In this document: positions 55,867 to 64,000 of the stretch, in pieces
Layout: every line of letters starts with the position of its first letter
Numbering within the stretch: position 1 is the first letter of the stretch
Assembly: GCA_965601925.1 (NCBI GenBank)
Contig: OZ271854.1
Span: forward strand, 960,001-1,024,000
Direction of reading: 5' to 3'
DNA length: 64,000 nucleotides
Source of the DNA: Alkalispirochaeta sp.
GTDB lineage: Bacteria; Spirochaetota; Spirochaetia; DSM-27196; Alkalispirochaetaceae
The notes under the pieces: model-generated
Told to the model about the DNA's origin: nothing
Seen by the model: the letters and a program-made list of their open reading frames with translations, nothing else
Database searches by the model: none
Made by a program: the position numbers and the translations under genes

Positions 55867-57453
55867 CTACTCCGCTACGCCGGTTCCCGCACGGATGCGG
55901 TCCGCCGAGTCGACCGTCCCCCCGGCCATGAGGGCGCCGATATCCTCGATCCGCGCATCGTCTCGCCCTACGATTCCTACGATCCGTCCCTCGTAGATAA
56001 CCGCGATCCGGTCGGAGAGCGTTCGAATCTCGTCCAGGTCTTCGGATATGAGAAGAATGGCCGTTCCGTTGTCCCGTTGCGCCAAGAGCATCTCGTGAAT
56101 GTACTCCGACGAGCCGATGTCGACCCCTCGAGTCGGCTGCGCCGCGACGAGTACCGCGGGACTGCGCGACAGCTCCCGGGCGAGAATGAGTTTTTGGATG
56201 TTGCCGCCCGATAGGTTTTTGAGGGGAGAGGCGAGGCTCGGCGTCTTGACTGCGTACTGCCCGACCAGGGCCCCCGCGTGGCGTTCCATCTCCCGAAATC
56301 TCAGAAATATCCAACTGCAGAATCGCCGATCGGCGTGATCTCTCAGAAAGACGTTCTCCTGAACGGAGAAGCGGTCGATCGCGCCGTCCCGCATCCGCTC
56401 CTCGGGGACGCACGACAGACCGAGATCGGCCCGTTCATCGATCGTCGCATCGGAAATATCGCGTCCGTCGATGCGAATCGTTCCCGCGCGTTTCGGGCGT
56501 ACCCCTGCGAGGGCCTCGGCGAGTTCCCGTTGCCCGTTGCCGGAGACACCCGCCAGGCCGACGATCTCCCCCCGGTGAACCGTGAGATCGACGCCGCATA
56601 CCAGTTCGGTGCCGCGATCGCCCCGTACACGCAATCCCTCAACCGAGAGACCTCCCGGTTTCGTCGCGGCCGGAACCCGCTCGTGCCCGGACAGCTCGCG
56701 TCCGACCATCAATCGCACGAGCTCCTCGCGATTCACCTCAGAGGTGCGACGCGTGCCCATCGTCACCCCGTCCCGAAGCACCGTCACCCGATCACTGATC
56801 TCCAGTACCTCGTGCAACTTATGGGATATGAAGAGCAGGGAGTGCCCCTCCGCGGTCATACGTTTGAGCGTTCGAAAGAGATCCCGCACCTCCCCCGGAG
56901 TCAACACGGCCGTCGGCTCATCCAAGATTACGAGGCTCGCGCCCCGTTCCAGGACTTTGAGTATCTCAACGCGTTGTTGCTCTCCTACCGATAGCTGCCA
57001 GACCGACGCCTCGGGATTCACGGCCAGACCGTACGCTTCGGAGAGGTCGCGAATGCGCGAGCTCACCCGATCGAGATCCAGGCGGATACCTCGCGAGGAC
57101 GACCGTCCGAGGGCGAGATTCTGCGCCACCGTCATGGTCCGAACCAACATGAAGTGCTGGTGGACCATTCCTATACCGGCACGAATCGCGTCGGCGGGGG
57201 ATCGAAACGACACGGGACGTCCGTTAATGCGAATCTCGCCCCCGTCCGGTTGATACATTCCGTAGAGTTGGCGCATCAACGTACTCTTCCCGGCACCGTT
57301 CTCACCGAGAACGGCGTGGATTTCTCCAGAGCGCAGATCGAGCGAGACGCCGTCGTTGGCCCGCACGCCGGGGAACCGCTTTACGATATCGATCATTTCC
57401 ATATGGTCGATCCGAGCCGGCTCCGGCGTCGTGCTGAAACGCGCTATTCTCAT
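55867..57453 (-). CDS. Nucleoside/purine-type ABC transporter ATP-binding protein
   Basis: GENGAGKST, MVHQHF, LSVGEQQRVE, LSGGNIQK, AQPTRGVD; start uncertain. Confidence 0.88.
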   Translation of the reverse strand: MRIARFSTTPEPARIDHMEMIDIVKRFPGVRANDGVSLDLRSGEIHAVLGENGAGKSTLMRQLYGMYQPDGGEIRINGRPVSFRSPADAIRAGIGMVHQHFMLVRTMTVAQNLALGRSSSRGIRLDLDRVSSRIRDLSEAYGLAVNPEASVWQLSVGEQQRVEILKVLERGASLVILDEPTAVLTPGEVRDLFRTLKRMTAEGHSLLFISHKLHEVLEISDRVTVLRDGVTMGTRRTSEVNREELVRLMVGRELSGHERVPAATKPGGLSVEGLRVRGDRGTELVCGVDLTVHRGEIVGLAGVSGNGQRELAEALAGVRPKRAGTIRIDGRDISDATIDERADLGLSCVPEERMRDGAIDRFSVQENVFLRDHADRRFCSWIFLRFREMERHAGALVGQYAVKTPSLASPLKNLSGGNIQKLILARELSRSPAVLVAAQPTRGVDIGSSEYIHEMLLAQRDNGTAILLISEDLDEIRTLSDRIAVIYEGRIVGIVGRDDARIEDIGALMAGGTVDSADRIRAGTGVAE

Positions 57454-57487
57454 ACGCAATCCGCGCATCCCGGATATGTCACCGTCT

Positions 57488-58495
57488 TCACGGCTCCACG
57501 GTGATTGATCCGTCGACGATGCCCGCGACGGCCGCCTCGGCGGCATCGATCACCTCCGACGGAATGTCGAATCCGTCGTTGTAGGCGATCCTGAGACCAC
57601 CGTTTGCGAGGGTTAACACGTAGCTCTCACCGCCGTATACGCCCCGTTGGGCGCTCTCGATGATCTCCGTCAGCATTGCAGTCCAGTCGTAGACTTGAGA
57701 GGCGACGACCAGGTCCGGCGCGAGGGAGGTCTGGTCGGCCTGGGTACCGAACCACAGGACCGCTCCGTCTTCCTGCGCCGCGCCGATCGAGCCCACCACG
57801 GACTGGGAGGATCCGGTGAGAATATCGGCACCGTTGGCAATGTGCGTCTGCGCGGCGGCGGTCATAAGCGCGACGTCTGAGAACGACCCGGTCCACGTCT
57901 GGGAGACGCGCGCAGTCGGCGCAACGGAGGCGACACCTTGGACGAATCCGCTGATATAGGTTCGGGCATCGCCGACCTCTACGGGACCGGTAACGCCGAT
58001 TTGTCCGCCCCGGGTCATGAGCCCCGCCATAACGCCGTTTACAAACCCGCCCTCCTCGGCCGCCGCGGTGTACGCGTAGACGTTATCGAGACCGAATGTA
58101 TTGACGTCGGTTCCCCAGGCGAAGGCGGTCTCCGGAAAGTCGGGGGCCATGTCCTCGACGAAGGTTCCGTATTGCGATCCGTGGGCCACGATCAGGTCGA
58201 AACCCTGAGAAGCGTAATCCCGTACCGCTGCGGCGGCGTCGGGGACGTTGAACATGTTCTCCGAATAGACCAACTCGACGGCGCTCTCGCCGCCCATCTC
58301 TTCCTGTACCGTCACCAGGGCCGACCACATCGACTGACTGAAGGCGGTATCGGTCGTGGCGCTCGGCATTACCACGGCAATGCGAAAACGTTCGTCTTCG
58401 CCCGCTTCCGACACCTCACCGCTTCCCCCGGCCCAGACTGAGGAGACGAGTACCACAAGACCAACAACACGGAACACCATCGATCGTACGTTCAT
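57488..58495 (-). CDS. BMP-family ABC transporter substrate-binding protein
   Basis: Signal ...VWAGGSGE, D.AFSQS, AHGSQY, TGSFSD; SD AAGGAG. Confidence 0.88.
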   Translation of the reverse strand: MNVRSMVFRVVGLVVLVSSVWAGGSGEVSEAGEDERFRIAVVMPSATTDTAFSQSMWSALVTVQEEMGGESAVELVYSENMFNVPDAAAAVRDYASQGFDLIVAHGSQYGTFVEDMAPDFPETAFAWGTDVNTFGLDNVYAYTAAAEEGGFVNGVMAGLMTRGGQIGVTGPVEVGDARTYISGFVQGVASVAPTARVSQTWTGSFSDVALMTAAAQTHIANGADILTGSSQSVVGSIGAAQEDGAVLWFGTQADQTSLAPDLVVASQVYDWTAMLTEIIESAQRGVYGGESYVLTLANGGLRIAYNDGFDIPSEVIDAAEAAVAGIVDGSITVEP

Positions 58496-58557
58496 ATGAG
58501 TCACTCCTTTTGTTAGATGTCCTCTGCACCCTCCACGGGCGCCTTTTCTCGTATCCA

Positions 58558-59490
58558 TTATCCGCCGCCCCGTAAGAAAGGCGTGTTGAGCGCCGCAGGT
58601 CGTCGTCCCTTGTGAACGGTAACCGTTAGCGCGACGATGGTGAGGATGTACGGCAGCATGTTCGCGACGCTCGCCGGAATATCGACCCCGAGCACTTGGA
58701 GCCAGAGTTGAAGAGAGTTGGCGATACTGAAAAGGAGCGCACCGAGCATGACACCCACCGGCGTCCATCCACCGAAGTATACAAGAGCAACGGCGACAAA
58801 ACCCTGCCCCGAGGTCAAGTTATCTTGAAACAGATTGGATATCGATATCGAGAGTGAGGCGCCGCCGACGCCGGCGAGTATCGCACCGAAACAGACACTC
58901 GCATATCGCACTCGATTGACGTTGATGCCCCGGGAATCGGCGGCGTGCGGATTCTGCCCGACCGCTTTGACGGTCAGACCGATCGTAGTGCGTTCGAGAA
59001 TCCACCACGAGAGGGGCACCAAGGCAAAGGCGATGTACACGAGAATGGTATTGTCGAAGAAGATCGGTCCGACGATGGGTATATCGCTGAGACCGGGGAC
59101 GGCGAGGCGCGGAAAACCGCGAATCGTGCGCACCGTGCCGACCAACACTTTGAACAGAAGGCTCGACATGCCGAGTCCGAACATTTGGAGGCCGATGCCG
59201 CTCACCCCCTGTTCCGCCTTCAGGGTGACGCTGACGAACGCCATCATGAGTCCCATCACCAAACCGATTGCCATGGCACACAACAGGCCGAGCCAGAGGT
59301 TCCCGGTCGTCATAGCGACGTAGAACGCGCCGAAGGCACCCATAAGCATGATCCCGTCCACGCCGAGGTTCACGACTCCGGAGTTTTGGGAGAAGGTCTC
59401 TCCGATGGCGGCGAAGAGCAACGGCGTGGCGAGGGTCAACATCGTGTTCAGTAGTCCCACGAGCACCGAGGCGGTAAAGAGGTCCGTCAC
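58558..59490 (-). CDS. Nucleoside-type ABC transporter permease
   Basis: TPLLFAAIGE...SGVVNLG.DG, GQGFVAVA, LPYILT. Confidence 0.88.
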   Translation of the reverse strand: MTDLFTASVLVGLLNTMLTLATPLLFAAIGETFSQNSGVVNLGVDGIMLMGAFGAFYVAMTTGNLWLGLLCAMAIGLVMGLMMAFVSVTLKAEQGVSGIGLQMFGLGMSSLLFKVLVGTVRTIRGFPRLAVPGLSDIPIVGPIFFDNTILVYIAFALVPLSWWILERTTIGLTVKAVGQNPHAADSRGINVNRVRYASVCFGAILAGVGGASLSISISNLFQDNLTSGQGFVAVALVYFGGWTPVGVMLGALLFSIANSLQLWLQVLGVDIPASVANMLPYILTIVALTVTVHKGRRPAALNTPFLRGGG

Positions 59491-60584
59491 GCGGCGGCCC
59501 CGGCTCGTGAGCGTATCCGACGCGTCCACCGGCTCGTCCACATGGCGGCTCCCGACACGAGGAGCACGACGAGTCCGAGTATCGCGCTCACGAGTGCCGA
59601 CGGCACCTGAACGGCGCGCTGCATCGTGTCCGCTCCGACCAGAAGCCCTCCGAAGAAGAGGGACGCCGGGATAAGGCCCAAGGGGTGCAGCCATCCGAGG
59701 AGCGCCGCCACGATGCCGGTGAAACCGTACCCGCTGGTGAAGCCCTCGATGAGTCGATAGTGGACCCCCATCACCTCTACCGCCCCCGCAAGACCGGCCA
59801 GCGCTCCGGCGAGAGAGAGTGAGAGCGCCTGGTGGGCCGGGACGTTGATTCCGGCGTAACGCGATGCGTGAGGATTCAAGCCCGTTGCGCGCAAGCGGTA
59901 GCCCACGGTGGTACGCCACAGAAAGACAAACACGACGACCGCCGTGGCGAGGGCGAGAAAGAGCCCGGAGTGAAGAATCGTCCGCGGCACGATACGAGCC
60001 AACCGTGCGTGCTCCGGTAATCTCGCCGACTGGGCGAGGAACGTACCGGCCTCGATACCCGCCGGGTCCATGAGCGGCCCCTGGAGCAGGAGATTCATCA
60101 ATTGTAGAGCGATGGAGTTCATCATAATCGTGGTAAGAATCTCGTTAACGTTGTACTTGGCCTTCAGAAACCCCGGAACGAAACCCCACACCGCGCCGCC
60201 TATACATCCGGCACAGAGCGCCGCCGGCACGAGGAGCCATCGCGGTAGGATCTGGGCGTAAAGGGCGAGCCACGTCGCCAGAAGCGCGCCGGATATCATT
60301 TGGCCGCGCCCGCCGATATTGATACAACTCGAGCGAAAGGCGATGCAAATACCGAGGCCGACGAGTAAAAGGGGAGTCGCTTTGACCAACGTTTGGGTGA
60401 TACCGAAGGTCGTCCCTGCGGCGCCGCGGAACATCGCGGCATATGCGACCCAGGGATTCGCTCCGAGCAGCACGAGAAGGAGCGCACCGATTACGAGGGC
60501 GATGAGGACGCCGGCGACGGGTACGACGAGTCTAATACCGAGTTCTTTCCAGTCGCTCCGGGTGAGGTGCATATTCTGGTTCAA
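59487..60584 (-). CDS. Nucleoside-type ABC transporter permease
   Basis: KATPLL, NIGGRGQ, NEILTTIM, GYGFTGI; start TTG 60584 or ATG 60572. Confidence 0.88.
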   Translation of the reverse strand: MNQNMHLTRSDWKELGIRLVVPVAGVLIALVIGALLLVLLGANPWVAYAAMFRGAAGTTFGITQTLVKATPLLLVGLGICIAFRSSCINIGGRGQMISGALLATWLALYAQILPRWLLVPAALCAGCIGGAVWGFVPGFLKAKYNVNEILTTIMMNSIALQLMNLLLQGPLMDPAGIEAGTFLAQSARLPEHARLARIVPRTILHSGLFLALATAVVVFVFLWRTTVGYRLRATGLNPHASRYAGINVPAHQALSLSLAGALAGLAGAVEVMGVHYRLIEGFTSGYGFTGIVAALLGWLHPLGLIPASLFFGGLLVGADTMQRAVQVPSALVSAILGLVVLLVSGAAMWTSRWTRRIRSRAGAAA

Positions 60585-60819
60585 GCAAAATGCATACCAG
60601 ATGCGAAGTGACTACACCAACTTCTTAACTTCTTCTCCCGTATATAAAAGAGACGTCGCGACGTTACAATACTGACAAGTACACTATGGTATATACTACA
60701 TTTTCGTATGTTCTTCCGCTCAAACCTACCTCCTTGTAGCAAAGCCCCATAGTAAGTGGCGTGCAGTGTCAACCGTATGGAGGAGCGCGCCGCAGGCCGA
60801 TATCCGGTCGGCGGCGCGG

Positions 60820-61695
60820 TCAGCGCGCAGTGTCCGTCGCCGCCTCGCCACCGCCGCCCTCCACACGACGCGAGATGTCGACGAGCCGTGCCGCCTGTTC
60901 GACAATGACCGGTGCCTGCTCGAGCGAGTCGGCGACGGAAAGAACGTAGGCAAGGGCGGCAAAAATAGTGCCGGCCTGAGCGCCGCCCGTACCGGTGATG
61001 TGGAGAAGTACCGAGACGACCGCAACGAGGGAGAACAGATCGGTTACCGACCACGCGGCGGCCTGGACGTCGGACAACTTCACGCGCCACTTGGCGACGG
61101 CTCGAAAGTGAACGCCGACACGCTCTCTTTGTCCGTCGGCTACGGCGTCCACCTGCCGTTCCCATCGATCGTTGAGACGGCTATTGAGGGCGAACGCCCT
61201 CTTCCCGTAGAGACGCTGAATTACCGCGACCGGTACGAGCAGCCCCGCGGTGATCAACCCGGCAGTTATGTCGTAGAAAAAGAGCATGACGATCGACCCC
61301 ACGATACCTATCACGGACCGGGCAAACAACGGTAGCTCATATTCCATGAAGTCGATCACCTCTTCCATCATGTCGACCCGGGCGGCCACTTCGCTGGTCG
61401 AGACACCTCGCGCGCGTTGGTCCACGATCATGTCGGCGGCGGCGCGCCCGTACATGACGGTAAACAGCCGCGTGTCGTAGAGCTGACGCCCCGCTCCGGT
61501 GGCGACGTGGGCGACCCATATCGTCGCCAGAGGTGCCACACTCATCACCCCGTCACGGCGAAGGAGACCGTCGATCGCCAATCCGACGGCAAAAGGATAG
61601 AGCAGTTCGAACACATTCTCGACAACCGTCAAAAAGTAGGTGACGACAAGTCTCCAACGGTGGGAACGAACGACACGTTTCAGGGGCGATGACAT
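60820..61695 (-). CDS. ABC transporter six-transmembrane domain protein (no ATPase)
   Basis: LLYPF..G.AID, RQLYDTR.F, LNDRWERQV; SD GGAGG. Confidence 0.75.
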   Translation of the reverse strand: MSSPLKRVVRSHRWRLVVTYFLTVVENVFELLYPFAVGLAIDGLLRRDGVMSVAPLATIWVAHVATGAGRQLYDTRLFTVMYGRAAADMIVDQRARGVSTSEVAARVDMMEEVIDFMEYELPLFARSVIGIVGSIVMLFFYDITAGLITAGLLVPVAVIQRLYGKRAFALNSRLNDRWERQVDAVADGQRERVGVHFRAVAKWRVKLSDVQAAAWSVTDLFSLVAVVSVLLHITGTGGAQAGTIFAALAYVLSVADSLEQAPVIVEQAARLVDISRRVEGGGGEAATDTAR

Positions 61696-61711
61696 ATTAA
61701 TCCTCCCATGA

Positions 61712-61753
61712 TATTATACAGCGTACGATAAATTTATCGTACGCTGTATAATA
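61712..61753. promoter_or_regulatory. Perfect 42-bp palindrome (double TetR operator)
   Basis: TATTATACAGCGTACGATAAA|TTTATCGTACGCTGTATAATA between divergent genes. Confidence 0.75.
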
Positions 61754-61769
61754 ATGTCAAGGAGAAGCC

Positions 61770-62414
61770 ATGCCGAGAACCAAGGGTCAGACGCCGCTTA
61801 CACGAGAGCGGATTGTAGGAACGGCCGTCGAACTCATCGATCGCCGCGGCTTAGAAGAGCTCAGCATGCGTCGCCTCGCCAGCGCACTTGGAGTGAAGCC
61901 GATGGCGCTCTATTATCACTTCAAGGACAAAGAGGCGCTAATCGAGGCCATTGTCGACGCCGTGCTGTCGGAGTGTCGTACCGACCCGGTGGGGCGTTGG
62001 GATGAGCGTGTGCGTCTGTTGTGCCTCTCGATTCGGGATGTGGCTCGACGTCACCCGACCATCTTCATGGCCGCGATGGCCAACGTCAATATCGTGCCCA
62101 GCGACTTCGTCATCGCCGAGGCGTTTCTCGATGCCCTCGCGTCGGGCGGGCTACCTCCGGAGGAGGCGGTACGGGGGTACAACGCGCTGATTACCTACGT
62201 CTCGGGCTTTGCCGTCGACGAAATTGGTGGAATGCTTCTGATGTTCGAAGGCGCGGAAGCGGCTCTCGACGAGCTGCCGCCGGGGCGCTTTCCGCGATTA
62301 CACGCCCATCGCGCGTATCTCACGACGGTCGACGCCGATGCGGAGTTCGAGTACGGGCTCGCCGTACTCCTAAACGGTATCGCGACCGGGAGCACGGGAG
62401 AGACGTCGGGCTGA
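61770..62414 (+). CDS. TetR/AcrR family regulator (TetR_C type)
   Basis: LSMRRLA..LGV.PMALYYHF..KE, FEYGL..LL.G. Confidence 0.92.
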   Translation: MPRTKGQTPLTRERIVGTAVELIDRRGLEELSMRRLASALGVKPMALYYHFKDKEALIEAIVDAVLSECRTDPVGRWDERVRLLCLSIRDVARRHPTIFMAAMANVNIVPSDFVIAEAFLDALASGGLPPEEAVRGYNALITYVSGFAVDEIGGMLLMFEGAEAALDELPPGRFPRLHAHRAYLTTVDADAEFEYGLAVLLNGIATGSTGETSG

Positions 62415-62469
62415 GCGGCGCCGGGGAACACCGCTCTCGGATCGACTCACTGCGCCCTTGCGTGCCCTC

Positions 62470-63660
62470 CTACCGGATCCTGCGCACTCCGGCGTCGACG
62501 AGCTCGTTCAGTTTCGATGCGGGCTCCTTGAACTTACTGAGAAAGATCATCGCCGCGATGACATACGGCTTGAAGCTCGCCTCCTTGTAAAGCGGTACCC
62601 GATAGCGGTCGAAGACCGTTGAAGCGACCTCGCCCTTCTCACAGCTGACACCGGTGATATCCGCCGGAAGGCAGTGCATGTACAGCGCGCTACCGGCGTT
62701 GGTCGTCGCCATGAGCTCCTCGGTGCACTCCCAGTCGGTGTGGTCGGCGTTCTGCGTCAACAGCTCCCGCTCCAGCGCCTTGATACCGTCGAAGTCGCCC
62801 TCGCCGTAAAGGGCCGTGCGTCGCTCCATCGCCGCAAAGGGTGCCCAGCTTTTGGGGTACACCACATCCGCGTCGGCAAACGCCTCGGCCATGCTATGGG
62901 TCTTGGTAAACCGGCCGCCCGACGCGGCGGCGTTCTTCCGTGCCACCTCTTCGACCTCTTCCATCACCTCGTATCCCGTCGGGTGGGCGAGCGTTACGTC
63001 GGCGCCGAAGCGCGTCAACAAGCCGACGATGCCCTGAGGTACCGAGAGCGGCTTCCCGTAGGAGGGACTGTACGCCCAGCTCATGGCGATCTTCTTACCC
63101 CGAAGCCCCTCGACACCGCCGAAGTGGTGAATGAGATGCAGTGCGTCGGACATGCTCTGGGTGGGGTGATCGATGTCGCACTGGAGGTTCACCAACGTCG
63201 GTCGCTGCTCCAGGACGCCGTCGGCGTGCCCCTCCTCAACCGCCCGGGCGACCTCGCGCATATAGGTGTTTCCTTTGCCGATATACATATCGTCCCGGAT
63301 GCCGATGACGTCGGCCATGAAGCTCACCATGTTGGCCGTCTCGCGCACCGTCTCGCCGTGGGCGACTTGACTCTTCCCTTCGTCCAGATCCTGGACTTCC
63401 AGGCCTAAGAGGTTGCACGCCGAAGCGTAGCTGAAGCGCGTCCGCGTAGAGTTGTCGCGAAAGAGGCTGATCCCGAGCCCCGAGTCGAAGACTTTGCTCG
63501 AAATGTTCGCCTCCCGCAGGGCGCGTAGAATATCGGCGACGAGAAAGGTGGCGTTAATCTCGTCATCGCTCTTTTCCCAGGTCAACAGAAAGTCGTTGAG
63601 GTACATCCCGCCGGTCTTGAGGTTTCGTAGTCGTTCGATGTCTCTTTTTAGTGTGTCCAT
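62470..63660 (-). CDS. ygeW: Knotted carbamoyltransferase YgeW
   Basis: FRDNSTRT, NLQCDIDHPTQ, SWAYSPSYGKPLSVPQG, YMHCLPAD; SD AAGGAG. Confidence 0.92.
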   Translation of the reverse strand: MDTLKRDIERLRNLKTGGMYLNDFLLTWEKSDDEINATFLVADILRALREANISSKVFDSGLGISLFRDNSTRTRFSYASACNLLGLEVQDLDEGKSQVAHGETVRETANMVSFMADVIGIRDDMYIGKGNTYMREVARAVEEGHADGVLEQRPTLVNLQCDIDHPTQSMSDALHLIHHFGGVEGLRGKKIAMSWAYSPSYGKPLSVPQGIVGLLTRFGADVTLAHPTGYEVMEEVEEVARKNAAASGGRFTKTHSMAEAFADADVVYPKSWAPFAAMERRTALYGEGDFDGIKALERELLTQNADHTDWECTEELMATTNAGSALYMHCLPADITGVSCEKGEVASTVFDRYRVPLYKEASFKPYVIAAMIFLSKFKEPASKLNELVDAGVRRIR

Positions 63661-63891
63661 TCGTCTCTCCTTAGTATGTGGTACCGCTCCCTCGCGGTAG
63701 CGCGTATGTCGACGTGCCGAGGATCGCGTCGTCCGGTCGCGGATGTAAAACCTCCGATTCAGCGTCGGTATGACGGCGCGACCGGCAAAACCGGAACGAG
63801 TGAGATGCCCGGACCGCCGGGGCGAACGCGGCATGCCGCGCACACCGTCGGCGTCGGAGCGCTCGAGTGGGCCGCTGCACCGGGACGCCGG

Positions 63892-64000
63892 CTACGCGTA
63901 CGAGCGCACCCTGGCGTTAAACGCGTCGATCATATCGTCCAGAACATCCCGCGCCTCGTAGATACGCTGCCAGTAATCCCGGTCGTACCACTGGGCGTTA
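63892..64000 (-). CDS. C-terminal end of an upstream gene, possibly the PLP-dependent enzyme that accompanies ygeW (partial)
   Basis: Manual translation NAQWYDRDYWQRIYEARDVLDDMIDAFNARVRSYA*; only 35 aa visible. Confidence 0.5.
   Translation of the reverse strand, partial: NAQWYDRDYWQRIYEARDVLDDMIDAFNARVRSYA

Noticed and set aside
63661..63891. GC-rich intergenic region with short inverted repeats upstream of ygeW as a riboswitch
   Set aside because: No recognisable purine or other riboswitch consensus; short IRs are expected at this GC content.

Overview
GC-rich bacterial chromosomal window, most consistent with a free-living Spirochaetota (inference: solute-binding proteins with the 'FAGG.GE' signal-peptide style, YesM/YesN sugar two-component systems, chemoreceptor, outer-membrane beta-barrels). 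Contents: (1) an AraC-SDR-GH88-like-epimerase-oxidoreductase sugar catabolic cluster; (2) vapBC; (3) a 7.1-kb islet bounded by perfect 33-bp direct repeats, carrying a MocR-regulated aminotransferase/oxidoreductase/SBP module plus a diverged relic of the neighbouring EamA gene; (4) nfo and a SARP-STAND-TPR regulator facing a ParB-like gene across 11-bp-period heptamer repeats; (5) a sugar-sensing two-component system with ChvE/GguAB-type ABC transporter and a soluble MCP-SBP fusion; (6) a sulfatase-GH78-ABC-TCS locus; (7) a 12-kb patchwork of small accessory genes; (8) a nucleoside-type ABC transporter, a TetR pair and ygeW. The most striking non-coding feature is a 131-bp AT-rich element present twice (5844-5974, 20020-20150). 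It consists of three hairpins, each copy has its own target-site duplication, it shows compensatory base changes, and one copy interrupts a DUF1624-type gene: a candidate undescribed MITE family. No rRNA, tRNA, CRISPR array, integrase or transposase was recognised. Product calls come from motif recognition by eye, not database searches.
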